Origin: Prevotella sp.
Lineage (GTDB): Bacteria; Bacteroidota; Bacteroidia; Bacteroidales; Bacteroidaceae
NCBI GenBank assembly: GCA_016291595.1
Contig: JAEEXN010000003.1
Span: forward strand, 35,308-99,307
Reading direction: 5' to 3'
Length of the DNA stretch: 64,000 bases
The position numbers were made by a program, and so were the translations under genes. Of the stretch, positions 45,377 to 56,074 are shown in pieces. Every line of letters starts with the position of its first letter. Position 1 is the stretch's first letter. The notes under the pieces were generated by a model. That model searched no databases. It saw only the letters and a list, made by a program, of their open reading frames with translations, and was not told the DNA's origin.

Positions 45377-46507
45377 TTATGGGTTAATTATTTTAGATGC
45401 AATTCTTTTGGCCTTGGTCTCTGAGGCTGGCGAGAGGTGTCCTTTCAGATACGACTCAATGATAAGGGCGGCTATCGGGGCAGCCATGTCGGCTCCAAAG
45501 CCTCCATGCTCGATGTATACACAGATAGCTATCTGCGGGTCGTTAAGTGGGGCAAAGCCAATGAACGCAGAATGGTCGGCGCCACTGTTCTCGGCAGTAC
45601 CCGTTTTCCCACAGATGGGGTAGGTGGTACGGATGTCCGTGCACGTTCCCTTTTCCACAGCTAGTCGCATGCCTTCAATCACGGGAGGGTAGGCATCGGG
45701 AAACACCATAGTGCTCCGTTTACGTAGGAACCTCTGTGACAACGGGCGATCAGGAGTTCCCTGATGAATGTGCGGGGTATAGAAGAAGCCGCGGTTGGCA
45801 ATGGTGACAGCCAGATTGCATAGCTGCATAGGGGTGGCTGTGATGTCGCCTTGTCCCATTCCTGCCCATATAATGGTACGTGCATTCCATCCGTCTTTAT
45901 AACGGCGGCTGAGGTAGTTGGTGTTGGCGACGATACCGCCCTTTTCGCCTGGGATGTCGATATTGAGTGGTCCGCCCAATCCCATACTTCGCATATAGCT
46001 TGCCCATGTGTCGATGGCCTCTTCCTTGGTCTCGAAGACAAAATCGTCGTTGAGCATGGTCATGAATGTCGAAAGAAACCACGTGTTGCAAGAGAAAGCC
46101 AGAGCGTTGGCCAGCGATAATGGGGAGGCATGCTGGTGGCACCCAACATGGATGTTGCCGTCGGTAAAGCCGTTCTTGCAGTCGATGGTGGTCTCTGGTG
46201 TGATGATGCTCTCTGACAATAGGGTGAGGGCTTGTGCAGTCTTGAAAGTAGAGCCTGGCGGGTAGGCTGTGGCAATAGCCAGGTTAACGTTGCTACCCGT
46301 TGGTGAATTCGTTGCCAGGCAAATGATTTCTCCCGTAGAGGGTTTGATGGCCACAATGCTTCCCGTTTTCCCTTTTAATAGTCGTTGCCCTAGTTGCTGT
46401 AATGCCGGACGAACGGTCAGAGGACCGTCGTCCGGCAGATTCTGAGCTGTGGCATGCATATAGGCTAAGAGGCATAGACATGCCAAACAGATAAGTATTC
46501 TTCGCAT
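45377..46507 (-). CDS. Penicillin-binding transpeptidase-domain protein lacking the dimerisation domain
   Basis: YPPGSTFK (SxxK), SCN (SxN), GMGQG...TP.Q, GKTGTAE (KTG); signal-like N-terminus from ATG 46507. Confidence 0.88.
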   Translation of the reverse strand: MRRILICLACLCLLAYMHATAQNLPDDGPLTVRPALQQLGQRLLKGKTGSIVAIKPSTGEIICLATNSPTGSNVNLAIATAYPPGSTFKTAQALTLLSESIITPETTIDCKNGFTDGNIHVGCHQHASPLSLANALAFSCNTWFLSTFMTMLNDDFVFETKEEAIDTWASYMRSMGLGGPLNIDIPGEKGGIVANTNYLSRRYKDGWNARTIIWAGMGQGDITATPMQLCNLAVTIANRGFFYTPHIHQGTPDRPLSQRFLRKRSTMVFPDAYPPVIEGMRLAVEKGTCTDIRTTYPICGKTGTAENSGADHSAFIGFAPLNDPQIAICVYIEHGGFGADMAAPIAALIIESYLKGHLSPASETKAKRIASKIINP

Positions 46508-46564
46508 TCTTAGTAGTAAAAATGAAACTTGGAATTCCAAACTCGCAGTTCGAATATTCTAAGC

Positions 46565-47296
46565 TTAGAAAAGTTGCCTGAGAGCGTCAATCACAGTTCC
46601 TATAATATCTCCGTCGGAAGTTTCATCGTTTTTGATGTCACGTGCCGCCTGTTCGGCCCGGTCGAGTGCACGGATGATATCATCTTTGTTAACTGTGAAG
46701 ATATGATTGAACACGCCTATGCTGGTGACGTGCTCGCGTCCCTCGTATTGCATGCGTCCTACAGAACAGATAAAATAATTGTCGACGGTGAGGAGCTCGT
46801 TGAGCGCACTTTCGGCAGCCATTCCCATAACATATTTGCTACCCATTTGGATGACAGACTCGATGATGCCCTTTCCGGGGCCCATCTTCTCACTCATGGC
46901 AGCATTAAACTCTTGCTTAATAGCAGTTTGGTGAGCCTGCTTGTCGGGGCAGGTGAAAATCATCACGCCTGCAATAATGACGAGAATAAGCAAACTGATG
47001 AGGCTGCGGAGGCCGCAACCGCTACGTTTTGTTTTCTTCTCATCACGTGCTTTCTTCTTCATTTCATCAGCAGTCAGAGGTGTCTCGGCACCACCATCGG
47101 GATTATACTTAGGAGGTTCACGGCGGACGATACTGCTATCGATAACGGATCTCAGTTCAGCTACCTGCCAAGCAGGTGTCCAGTTTTCCATCGTGTCGCA
47201 CCACACTAATGTCTCAGGACGGATGCCCTTGTTGTACAACTCGCTGACCTCGAAGGGGCCAACCTGAGCGCCATTCTCAATGTAGTAATACTTCAT
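46565..47296 (-). CDS. GYF_2 (DUF4339) domain membrane protein with DUF4359-like C-terminus
   Basis: YY..NG.Q.GPF, TLVW...M..W..A..V.EL; TM segment; TCP....H; NYFICS.G. Confidence 0.78.
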   Translation of the reverse strand: MKYYYIENGAQVGPFEVSELYNKGIRPETLVWCDTMENWTPAWQVAELRSVIDSSIVRREPPKYNPDGGAETPLTADEMKKKARDEKKTKRSGCGLRSLISLLILVIIAGVMIFTCPDKQAHQTAIKQEFNAAMSEKMGPGKGIIESVIQMGSKYVMGMAAESALNELLTVDNYFICSVGRMQYEGREHVTSIGVFNHIFTVNKDDIIRALDRAEQAARDIKNDETSDGDIIGTVIDALRQLF

Positions 47297-47415
47297 TTCC
47301 TTTCTTCTGTTAAGTGAATAATAACGATTGCAAATAATGCCTTTTCATCCGTTTGACGTAAAAAACGGGAAATAGTTGCATCGTTTATTATTTTTTAACG
47401 ATATCCCCAAGATTC

Positions 47416-49656
47416 CTATTCTTTGCTGAAAGAGTAGGGTGCGTCCACAGATTTGCTGCCTCGCTGTCTTTCTGGAGCAGCTTGCATCTCGTAGATAATA
47501 GTCCCGCCTTTTAGCAACTCGTCGTGGTTAAGGTAGTTGTGGTTGTATACGGTACCGTTATAATACATTCTTCCGATGTATGGTTCCTTCACGTTTTTTG
47601 CCTTGACAACAAGTTTCTTTCCTAGAGGAAGATGGAGTGTCATATTCTCGAAATAGGGCGTTCCGATGGCATACTGTCCGGAACCAGGGCAGACGGGATA
47701 GAAACCCATCGCGGAGAATACATACCATGCTGACGTTTGACCGTTGTCCTCATCACCACAATATCCGTCGGGTGCAGAGGTGTAGAAACGATTCATCACC
47801 TCACGGATATGCTGCTGAGTCTTCCAAGGCTGACCTGCCCAATCGTATAGATATATCATGTGCTGAATAGGCTGGTTGCCATGTGCGTAGTTGCCCATGT
47901 TCATAATCTGCATCTCACGAATCTCGTGGATGATGCCCCCATAATAACTCTCATCGAATAAAGGAGGTACATTGAATACAGAATCAAGCATCTGTACGAA
48001 CTTGTCGGGCCCTCCCATGAGGCTAATGAGCCCTTCTGGGTCGTGGAACACAGACCATGTGTAGTGCCACGCATTGCCTTCGGTGAAGGCATCGCCCCAT
48101 TTAAGAGGACTGAAAGGAGTCTGGAAAGTGCCATCTTCGTTTCTTCCCCGCATAAGGAGAGTCTCACGGTCAAAGACGTTTTGATAATTCATCGCCCGCT
48201 CGCGGAAGGGTTTCAGCTCACGGCTGTTTTTGCCGAGTTTTTTCCCGAGCTGCAAGATGCACCAGTCGTCGTAGGCATATTCCAGCGTACGGGCGACATT
48301 CTCATTTATGCCGACATTATAGGGAACATACCCAAGTCGGTTGTAATATTCATATCCCAGCCTTCCTGTTGAGGATACTTGAGGGTGCACGGCGTTGGCA
48401 CCGTGGACAACAGCCTGCCATAGCGCCTCTATGTCGTAGTTAGTAAGCCCGATAGCGTGGTTTTTAAGATAGGCATCTGCCACCACCGAGGCGGAATTGT
48501 TGCCAACCATACAGCCACGATGGCCAGGACTGGCCCATTCAGGCAGAAATCCGCTTTCCCGATAACAGTTCACAAGTCCTTCCTGCATTTTCTCATTCAT
48601 CTCGGGATAGAGCAGGTTCAACAATGGGAACAGACAACGGAAAGTATCCCAAAAACCAGTGTCGGTAAAATAGTAGCCAGGACATACCTGCCCTGTATGT
48701 GGACTGTAGTGGACGGGCTTGCCTTTAGCATCCATTTCGTAGAAAGCGCGTGGGAAGAGCACCGAACGGTAGAGGCAACTGTAGAAAGTGCGCAGGTGGT
48801 CGGTATTTTCATCATCTATTTCAATGCGCCCCAGAATATCGTTCCAGTACTTGCGGGCCTGCTGGCATACCCGGTTAAAGTCGAAACCCTCACCCAGCTC
48901 GTTCAGGTTGTGCCTAGCTTGCTCGCTGCTGATGAACGACGATGCCACACGTATGCTAACTTTCTCGCTCCGGTGGGTACTTAGGGTGACGACGATACCG
49001 TGTCGTCCGTCAGTAACCTGTTGGCTGACAGTGAAATCATGGTCAAGTTCAATGATGAAATAGTTGCGGAAGTTTTGCGGTACGCCACCGCTGTTTTTTA
49101 CTGTGTAGCCCGTGATGCGGCGTTGGGCGGCATCGGCTTCGACGTGGGCATTGCCGTCAAATGCGTCGACAATGATGTTGGCCTGTTGTGTCTCAGGAAA
49201 GGTAAAACGCATCATGGCTGCCCGTGAGGTTGGCGTTACCTCTGCGTTGACATCCCAGTCGGCCAGATAGACTTGATAATAATATGGGGTTGCCGTCTCA
49301 GCCTTATGCGAGAACCATGAGGCACGCTCGTCTTCACCAAAACGAGGCGTGCCTGTTGTGGCCATGATGGAAAACTGACCGTAGTCATTGATCCAAGGTG
49401 ATGGCTGGTGGGTTTGCTTGATGCCGCGTAATTTGTCCTCGGTATAAACATACTGCCATCCGTCGCCCATCTTTCCAGTCTGTGGCGTCCAAAAATTCAT
49501 GCCCCAAGGCATTGCCACAGCAGGGTACGTGTTGCCTGTGGAAAGTGAATATTTCGACAGCGTTCCAACTAGTGTGCTTATATAATCGACAGGCTCAGTA
49601 GCATATGCGTTGATGAAGAGTATAGCCAAAGCCAGGGTTGTAATGATTCGTTTCAT
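47416..49656 (-). CDS. Alpha-mannosidase, GH92
   Basis: GNTYP, PWGMNFWTPQT, GFWDTFR, RTLEYAYDD, FTEGN.W.Y, YAHGNQP, GDEDNGQTSAWY. Confidence 0.94.
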   Translation of the reverse strand: MKRIITTLALAILFINAYATEPVDYISTLVGTLSKYSLSTGNTYPAVAMPWGMNFWTPQTGKMGDGWQYVYTEDKLRGIKQTHQPSPWINDYGQFSIMATTGTPRFGEDERASWFSHKAETATPYYYQVYLADWDVNAEVTPTSRAAMMRFTFPETQQANIIVDAFDGNAHVEADAAQRRITGYTVKNSGGVPQNFRNYFIIELDHDFTVSQQVTDGRHGIVVTLSTHRSEKVSIRVASSFISSEQARHNLNELGEGFDFNRVCQQARKYWNDILGRIEIDDENTDHLRTFYSCLYRSVLFPRAFYEMDAKGKPVHYSPHTGQVCPGYYFTDTGFWDTFRCLFPLLNLLYPEMNEKMQEGLVNCYRESGFLPEWASPGHRGCMVGNNSASVVADAYLKNHAIGLTNYDIEALWQAVVHGANAVHPQVSSTGRLGYEYYNRLGYVPYNVGINENVARTLEYAYDDWCILQLGKKLGKNSRELKPFRERAMNYQNVFDRETLLMRGRNEDGTFQTPFSPLKWGDAFTEGNAWHYTWSVFHDPEGLISLMGGPDKFVQMLDSVFNVPPLFDESYYGGIIHEIREMQIMNMGNYAHGNQPIQHMIYLYDWAGQPWKTQQHIREVMNRFYTSAPDGYCGDEDNGQTSAWYVFSAMGFYPVCPGSGQYAIGTPYFENMTLHLPLGKKLVVKAKNVKEPYIGRMYYNGTVYNHNYLNHDELLKGGTIIYEMQAAPERQRGSKSVDAPYSFSKE

Positions 49657-49708
49657 GGGTGATGCGTTTTTGGGTAATGGGTGTTGAATGTTAGGTGTTG
49701 GGGACTTG

Positions 49709-52222
49709 TCAATGGGTGTTGAGGGTCTTGTCCATGAGCACTTTCATCCAGAATCCTCCAATCACAGAACGGGCCTTGAAACCTACCATTCGCCCAGTCT
49801 TAGTGTCGTACCAGTCGCTGGTGGGTACACGGCTTTCGGTCTCGTTCATATAGGCATAGACGGGTTCCATGAATCGTAGGAATGTTTTCTTGTCCCTAGC
49901 CATAGCAGCCGTCCACATAATCCAGTCATTCTTTGTGTAATCTTTACGAATGTCAAGCGGAAGTCCGTAACGGTTTTGTTGTTTCAGATAGTATTGTATC
50001 TCGCGCTCCATGGTCGATGCCGGAAACACTTGTGTCTGCCAGAGCTTGTCCCACACCATATTGTATTTTTGGCTCCATGTGCCTTGTCGGTCGAAGGCCA
50101 ACCGGTAATGGTCGTCCTCGCGGGCGTCTTTCTCCCATTGTTCAGCCATCTTCTGTGCGCAGGTCATGTAGCTTTTTGCCACATTTTGGTCACCCTTCAT
50201 GCGTGCAATCTCGGCAAAGGCAGTCACGCCCATGATGGCCTTCACGGCTAAGTTGGCATTATGGGCCCAGTGGCCGGCAAAATCGTCGGTGCAGAGCTGG
50301 TTAGCAGGGTCCTGACCGTTCTGCGCAAGATAGTCGGCCCAGGTGTGCAGTAGTTCGTAGTATTTGTCCACGTAGGCCGTATTTCCGTCTTGTCTGCACA
50401 ACTGAGCTGCCAAAGTGAGCATGTTGCCCGCCTCCTCAAGAGGCATGTCACCGCCATAAACCTGACCATTTGCAATAGGGTATGTGCCAAGATCGTGGGC
50501 AGCGAATGGCTTTGTCCATCGGCCCGACAGCGAATAGTCGAAGATGGAGGTCATCATGGCCTTCTGCAGTTCGGGATTGTAAGCGAGGAACAGCGGTGCT
50601 TCGGGGTAGGTGAGGTCGACTGTGTTGACACATCCGTTTGAATTGTTCTCTTTCGAGAAGAACAAGAGGTTGCCGTCTTCATCTTGGAAAAGCTTGTGCG
50701 CAGCAATGACATGGCGATAGGTTGCCGACAGTATCTCGGCATAATGTGTGTTGCCAGCTTGTAGGCCGTCGTCGTAGATGAGTTTGTCGAAGTCACGGCA
50801 ACGTTGCATGATGGACGCATATTGAGTCTGCAGGCGGTTGAACATCTGGAAGATGCTAACCGTACCGCCATGTGCCCAGTAGGCTTTATATCGCTTGTAC
50901 ATATATTCAATGTCTTGCACCTCATCATAGCCTATCATCATGAAACTGGCTGCCTGTTGGACCCTCCCAAACTGATGAACAAAACTTAAAAGCGGCATCT
51001 GTGAGGCTTTGTGACAGTCTACCTTGTTTGAAGAATCTGGTGCCTGTCCCGTTTCCATAAACTTTGCGCGTGCTAGTTTTGCATCACTAATGGTGACTTC
51101 CCCATTGATAGCAGGAATGTAAAGATAGCCCCAGTCGATACAAATACCGTCGCCTTTCTTGGCAAGGATGGGCTGGTCGATGGTGCCCGTCATGGCATAT
51201 TTCATGCCCTGTTGCTCGACGATGGTGCTACGGGTAGGCTGTGTTGCCTTGTTGACAGCAAGTTCGGGAGTGGTGCTGATCATGAGTTGGCAGTCGTGCG
51301 ACTGTTTGTCAGTCGAACGTATCTGAAAAGAAATATAGTTGATGGGAGACGAGAGCAGGTCGTAGTCGTTGATGAGCATAGGTGCGGTGAATACAACATC
51401 GAGCTCCACAGGTCCACAAGCAAAAGTGTAATAGGTATTGGTGGCTAGCACGCTTACCGATAGCTGGCGGGCAGTTTCCGGCTTGACAGTATTCAGGTTG
51501 ATGTCTTTGAAGAGGCCAAAGTCGGTGTAAGCTCCGCCCGTCGTGTTGTGACAATGTGCGGCTATAACGTTCTGTCCTTCGTGCAACAGATGCTTCATTG
51601 AAGAGTCAAGGTGTAGCTTTACACCCTCGCGCCAAGACTCACCCGTGTCGGCAACTTTCTGTCCATTAATGTAAATTTCAAACACATCGTCGTGTGAATA
51701 GACGAGATATAAGTCTTCTTTCAGGTCGGTAGCCTCTAGTTCAAAGTTGCGGCGTACATACAGGTCGCTGTGCTCTTCACTCCATTGGGTGTGCACATAA
51801 TTTAGTCCGTTGCTACCCCAGGCTGCCCTACCGCGTTGCCATCCGCTAGGATTGTAGCTGGGAAGCGTCCATTCTGTACCTGACTGCTTTTCTCTGGTGT
51901 AATCAGCCTCCCAGGCTTTCTCATCGGCCATGGGAATGAGAGACTCCAATATGCAACGGTCAGTTCCCATCCAACGGTAAGTTTTTCCGTCCACTCTGAG
52001 CAAACCCTCTAGCGGCTTCTCGTCATCGGTCCAATGGCGGGTGATACCATCGGTGAGTTTGTCGAATGGTGACCATATGCTGAAGTAAGGGTCGCTAACA
52101 ACTAAAGGCACGGAAGGTACCCGTAGCTGGGTAGACTGATAGGGCTTGTAAAATTCAGGCACTTGCGCCCACAAGGTTGTGCTCATGATGACGCAAGCAT
52201 AGACAGATAGTATTCGCTTCAT
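49709..52222 (-). CDS. Glutaminase A-like (DUF4964/DUF5127/DUF4965) protein
   Basis: PL...DPYFSIWS, FSKEN.SNG...TVD..YP, HDLG.YP.A.G, MP.EE.GNM, QLCTDDFAG, WSQKYN.VWD. Confidence 0.85.
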   Translation of the reverse strand: MKRILSVYACVIMSTTLWAQVPEFYKPYQSTQLRVPSVPLVVSDPYFSIWSPFDKLTDGITRHWTDDEKPLEGLLRVDGKTYRWMGTDRCILESLIPMADEKAWEADYTREKQSGTEWTLPSYNPSGWQRGRAAWGSNGLNYVHTQWSEEHSDLYVRRNFELEATDLKEDLYLVYSHDDVFEIYINGQKVADTGESWREGVKLHLDSSMKHLLHEGQNVIAAHCHNTTGGAYTDFGLFKDINLNTVKPETARQLSVSVLATNTYYTFACGPVELDVVFTAPMLINDYDLLSSPINYISFQIRSTDKQSHDCQLMISTTPELAVNKATQPTRSTIVEQQGMKYAMTGTIDQPILAKKGDGICIDWGYLYIPAINGEVTISDAKLARAKFMETGQAPDSSNKVDCHKASQMPLLSFVHQFGRVQQAASFMMIGYDEVQDIEYMYKRYKAYWAHGGTVSIFQMFNRLQTQYASIMQRCRDFDKLIYDDGLQAGNTHYAEILSATYRHVIAAHKLFQDEDGNLLFFSKENNSNGCVNTVDLTYPEAPLFLAYNPELQKAMMTSIFDYSLSGRWTKPFAAHDLGTYPIANGQVYGGDMPLEEAGNMLTLAAQLCRQDGNTAYVDKYYELLHTWADYLAQNGQDPANQLCTDDFAGHWAHNANLAVKAIMGVTAFAEIARMKGDQNVAKSYMTCAQKMAEQWEKDAREDDHYRLAFDRQGTWSQKYNMVWDKLWQTQVFPASTMEREIQYYLKQQNRYGLPLDIRKDYTKNDWIMWTAAMARDKKTFLRFMEPVYAYMNETESRVPTSDWYDTKTGRMVGFKARSVIGGFWMKVLMDKTLNTH

Positions 52223-52231
52223 GTCAATCGG

Positions 52232-54472
52232 TTATTTTTTGATTACTTTTTTTATTTTCCCGTCAGATGTCCGGATGATATTGATGCCCTGCTGCGGGTG
52301 CTCAAGGCGCATTCCCCGCAAATTGTAAATGGCTGGCTGCTGTCTTGAAGCGTTCCTTCCTGTTATAGCGATAACGTCTGTTGTTGAAGCTTTTAGTGCT
52401 GACAAAGCCATGATGGAGGCGTATGCATAGTTGGTACTCGTGAAGGTCACCGATTTCAGGGGCTTTGTCTCCAATGGGATGGAGAAATCAAACAGACAGT
52501 AATGGTTATCACTGCTATATGAATTGTTGGCACGCTGGATATTGCCCAATGATGTTACAGCCTCGTCGCCTTTCAACGATTCTTTTCTTACGGACCAGTC
52601 GCGAATGGTGAAGACACCAGCATCGCTAGTTGTTCCATCAGAATAGTTCAGCCTGACACGCACCTGAGAATCACCATTCCCACTAGTCGCAAGCACAAAC
52701 AGTTCACTTGTTACTATTGGGAACTCGAACTCAAGGGTGCCTTGCTGCCCATTGTCACGTAAAGATAAGGTGTTTAGCTCGTCATATGGGGCTAATTGGA
52801 ATGTGGCTTGTTCGTGTGCTGATGTAATCGTCCGGTTACGTGGCAGTCCACCATTTCCTCGCAACGTCTCTGCATAGAGTGCACGGTCCACCCCATCGAT
52901 GGTTGCCGTAGTATAGTTATTTGCAGGAAGTGATTCTGCTACGATATCGGCATTCCACCCTGAGGCTACACTAATAGGATCTGTATCTACTACTCGTGGT
53001 GGCAGCAAATGGGCGTCAAGATATTGCAACCGTTTTCCTACCCATGTTTTTAAGTAATTTACAGCATCGTCGTAGCTCTTTGCATAATAGGGTATAGGCC
53101 AAATATAGGATCGTGTATATATCCCCCATGCCCTCTCGTTACGCTCGGCAGCACCACCACTCTTTATGAGTGTAGCCAGGGAGTCTATTGTATGCATAAG
53201 ACGTTGTGTGCTATGGTTGCTATTTCTGTATTGTTGCCAGCGCTCCTTCAGTGCACTAACATAATTCTCGTCTTGTAGCATGCGATACCAGTAGAATGGC
53301 ACGGGACAGTCATCCCATATATACTTAATGTTTAACTCATATTGCCAACAATCCGTTTTGTCACCATCAAAATAGTTTGCATTGCCCCATGCAATGTTAT
53401 AGTCCCATAAGGTGGTTTTCCATCTTGGATCTTTCCCCTCAGCCTCACTGCGTTTTTCCCCATGCTTGTACAGGTGTGTGCTCAGACGGTATCCGTCGAT
53501 GTTCATCGACAGTTCCGTGGCTAACATATAGTCAATAAACGACTGTACGTCAATTTTTTTTCGGTAACCAGCCTCAATGTCATTCCAATCGTCAGTCAAG
53601 AATGAGGATTCCATCTTGTTTACTTCCTGATGTAATGCTTCACGTGTTCCTGTGGGCAATTCTGCAAACTCGTCATCCTCTGGGTCACCATATTCGTATT
53701 TAATATTGTAATCCCATGCAACTTTTCTGCCGTCTAACGACTGCCAGGGATGGTAGCTAGAGATAAAATGAGGATCGTAGCCGTGGTCAACACTCACATG
53801 GTAGTCGCCTGTAAGATCTCCGTCTGTCTCACCTGGATCATTCAAGTCGAGACGGCTCTTTCCTTTCGAAACCCGTTCGCAGATAGCAAATACGCCATAA
53901 TAAGTACCGTCTAATATGACTTCGCATAAGTGTGCCTTTGGTACCCATTCGAACCAAGGACGTCCCAGTTCGAACGACAAGATGTCGCGAAACATCGTCT
54001 CGTCGCTCCATGGAGCTATGAATCCCCACTTGTTGTCCTTGGGCATACCCAATATGGACACTTTCTTTTTCTTACCGTCCAAATCGTTGCTCTCCAGCGT
54101 ACGGAAAGCATACGGTTTCTTGTCTGATTCTGTGAATGAACTGTTGCCACGATATTTAAGCGCTATCCAACCCTCATAGTCAACGTGTTGGCCAGGCCAT
54201 GAAATCGTGTCGGCGTGGTTTGTTTGCCCCTCACCGTTGTGGATGATTTTCATTTTGGCTAGCACATAGCTATCACGAAGGATCATTCTCCCGCCAGCTT
54301 CGATGAAGATAATGGGCAGGTTTGTCGATTCCACTTTCACATTCTTGTCGCGAAGTAGACTGCGGTAATTATCGCTCTCTTGGGCACATATTTGACTGGC
54401 AAACCAAAATAGCATCACCAGACAAATGAGGTGGGACAAAAAATTTGTTAGTTTTATCATTCTATAATTCAT
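52232..54472 (-). CDS. CotH kinase family protein with T9SS-type C-terminal tail
   Basis: KYRGNSS...KKPY, YYGV...ER, SFIDY....E...NIDG, WDYNIAWGN; tail IYNLRGMRL..PQ.GINI....DGK..KV. Confidence 0.85.
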   Translation of the reverse strand: MNYRMIKLTNFLSHLICLVMLFWFASQICAQESDNYRSLLRDKNVKVESTNLPIIFIEAGGRMILRDSYVLAKMKIIHNGEGQTNHADTISWPGQHVDYEGWIALKYRGNSSFTESDKKPYAFRTLESNDLDGKKKKVSILGMPKDNKWGFIAPWSDETMFRDILSFELGRPWFEWVPKAHLCEVILDGTYYGVFAICERVSKGKSRLDLNDPGETDGDLTGDYHVSVDHGYDPHFISSYHPWQSLDGRKVAWDYNIKYEYGDPEDDEFAELPTGTREALHQEVNKMESSFLTDDWNDIEAGYRKKIDVQSFIDYMLATELSMNIDGYRLSTHLYKHGEKRSEAEGKDPRWKTTLWDYNIAWGNANYFDGDKTDCWQYELNIKYIWDDCPVPFYWYRMLQDENYVSALKERWQQYRNSNHSTQRLMHTIDSLATLIKSGGAAERNERAWGIYTRSYIWPIPYYAKSYDDAVNYLKTWVGKRLQYLDAHLLPPRVVDTDPISVASGWNADIVAESLPANNYTTATIDGVDRALYAETLRGNGGLPRNRTITSAHEQATFQLAPYDELNTLSLRDNGQQGTLEFEFPIVTSELFVLATSGNGDSQVRVRLNYSDGTTSDAGVFTIRDWSVRKESLKGDEAVTSLGNIQRANNSYSSDNHYCLFDFSIPLETKPLKSVTFTSTNYAYASIMALSALKASTTDVIAITGRNASRQQPAIYNLRGMRLEHPQQGINIIRTSDGKIKKVIKK

Positions 54473-54762
54473 GAGTTTGCCGCAAAGTTACATGTTTTTT
54501 TCTGAATAATAAAATTATTTATAAATAGTTATGAGAGTGTAAAACTACTTTTCTGAAATTGCATTTTTTATCATATAAAAAAACAGTTTTTTACAGAATA
54601 TTTCCTTTATACAAATGTAAAGATTGTATAATCGTAATATATTGTAAATCAATTGCTTATTATTGTGGTTGGAGATAATAATTTATACATTTCATGTTTT
54701 CTCTTCACCTTAAAAGGATTTTGCGTAACTTTGCGCTGTATTATTAAAAGTATTTCAACACA

Positions 54763-55863
54763 ATGAACCTGAAAACAACTGTTTTGATTTTTGTTTTATG
54801 CGAAAGTACGCTTACTGCTGCAGGACAAGCCTTGCCATCAAAATCGTATGCTGAGACAATTGCTGCCCCTTCTGATAATACTAGAATGACACGGCGACCA
54901 TCGCCAGAGCAACGTTTGTTTCATTCGGATGCTGTAGAGAGAAAAATTGAGGAAGTAAAGAAACTCCTTCGTAACACTCCTTATTTGGCATGGATGTTTG
55001 AAAACTGTTTCCCGAACACGTTGGATACGACGGTACACTATAGTGTCGTTGAAGGTGACGATGACACGTTTGTTTACACGGGTGATATCCATGCCATGTG
55101 GCTGCGTGACTCTGCTGCGCAGGTTTGGCCATATGTACGTTTTTCAAATACAGATGAAAAGATTAGGAAAATGGTACGTGGAACAATTTTGCGTCAGCTA
55201 AAGTGCATATGTATCGATCCTTATGCCAACGCGTTTAATATTGAGGCTACAGGAGGAGAGTGGGCTAGCGACTATACTGATATGAAACCTGAACTGCATG
55301 AGCGAAAGTACGAGATAGATTCGTTGTGCTATCCCATCCGCCTCGCTTACTATTATTGGCAGGTAACAGGCGACACAAGTATTTTTGGCGAGTTGTGGCA
55401 GCGTGCTATGGATAAGATACTTCAAACATTTCTGGAGCAGCAACGTAAGGAAGGCCGTGGGACTTACCATTTTGAGCGATCTACACCACGACAGTACGAT
55501 ACCCTCAGTCACAATGGTTATGGTAATCCCGTAAAACCCGTTGGGCTGATTGCATCTTCCTTTCGTCCATCAGACGATGCAACAGTGTTTCAGTTCCTCG
55601 TTCCTTCGAACTTCTTTGCTGTCTCGTCGTTACGCAAGGCTGCTCAGATTCTGGAACAAGTAAATGGAAATGTTCAATTGGCAGTCAAAGCAAAAGATCT
55701 GGCAAATGAGGTGGAGTATGTTCAGGGTGGGAGTACGGCTGTCGCAACACTTACCGTCAAATCCCCTGGAAGCCGGCATATCTATAATCTCTCAGGCCAG
55801 CAGGTTGACGACAATTGGCGCGGCATACGCATTCAAGATGGGAAAAAGATTCTAAGAAGATAA
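54763..55863 (+). pseudogene. GH125 alpha-mannosidase truncated after about 318 aa and fused in frame to a T9SS-type tail
   Basis: MFENCFPNTLDTTV, TGDI.AMWLRDS, ERKYEIDSL, FRPSDDA, PSNFFAV; the C-terminal third of GH125 is absent and replaced by ..IYNLSGQQV...RGIRIQDGKKILRR. Confidence 0.75.
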
Positions 55864-55884
55864 AGGAATACAAACAGGAAATTT

Positions 55885-55920
55885 TCATTTAGTCAGATAA
55901 TCATCATTTAGTCAGATAAT
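55885..55920. repeat. 17-bp direct repeat TCATTTAGTCAGATAAT x2
   Basis: Copies at 55885-55901 and 55904-55920. Confidence 0.85.
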
Positions 55921-56074
55921 TATCGTAAGAACGGCATAGCAGCTGGCTCCGTCTTTTTTTGTAAGGACAATAGCGGCTGCTATGCTTCTTTTTGATAGGC
56001 AGATACACGTTAAACAGAATGAAAAAATGAGGGATTATTTTGGCGGTATAGCATAAAAATGCTACATTTGCGAA

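Noticed and set aside
45377-46507. Class D beta-lactamase or true mrdA call
   Set aside because: Motif context (PGSTFK, SCN, GQG..TPxQ) is class B PBP-like rather than OXA-like, while the pedestal domain and rodA expected for mrdA are absent
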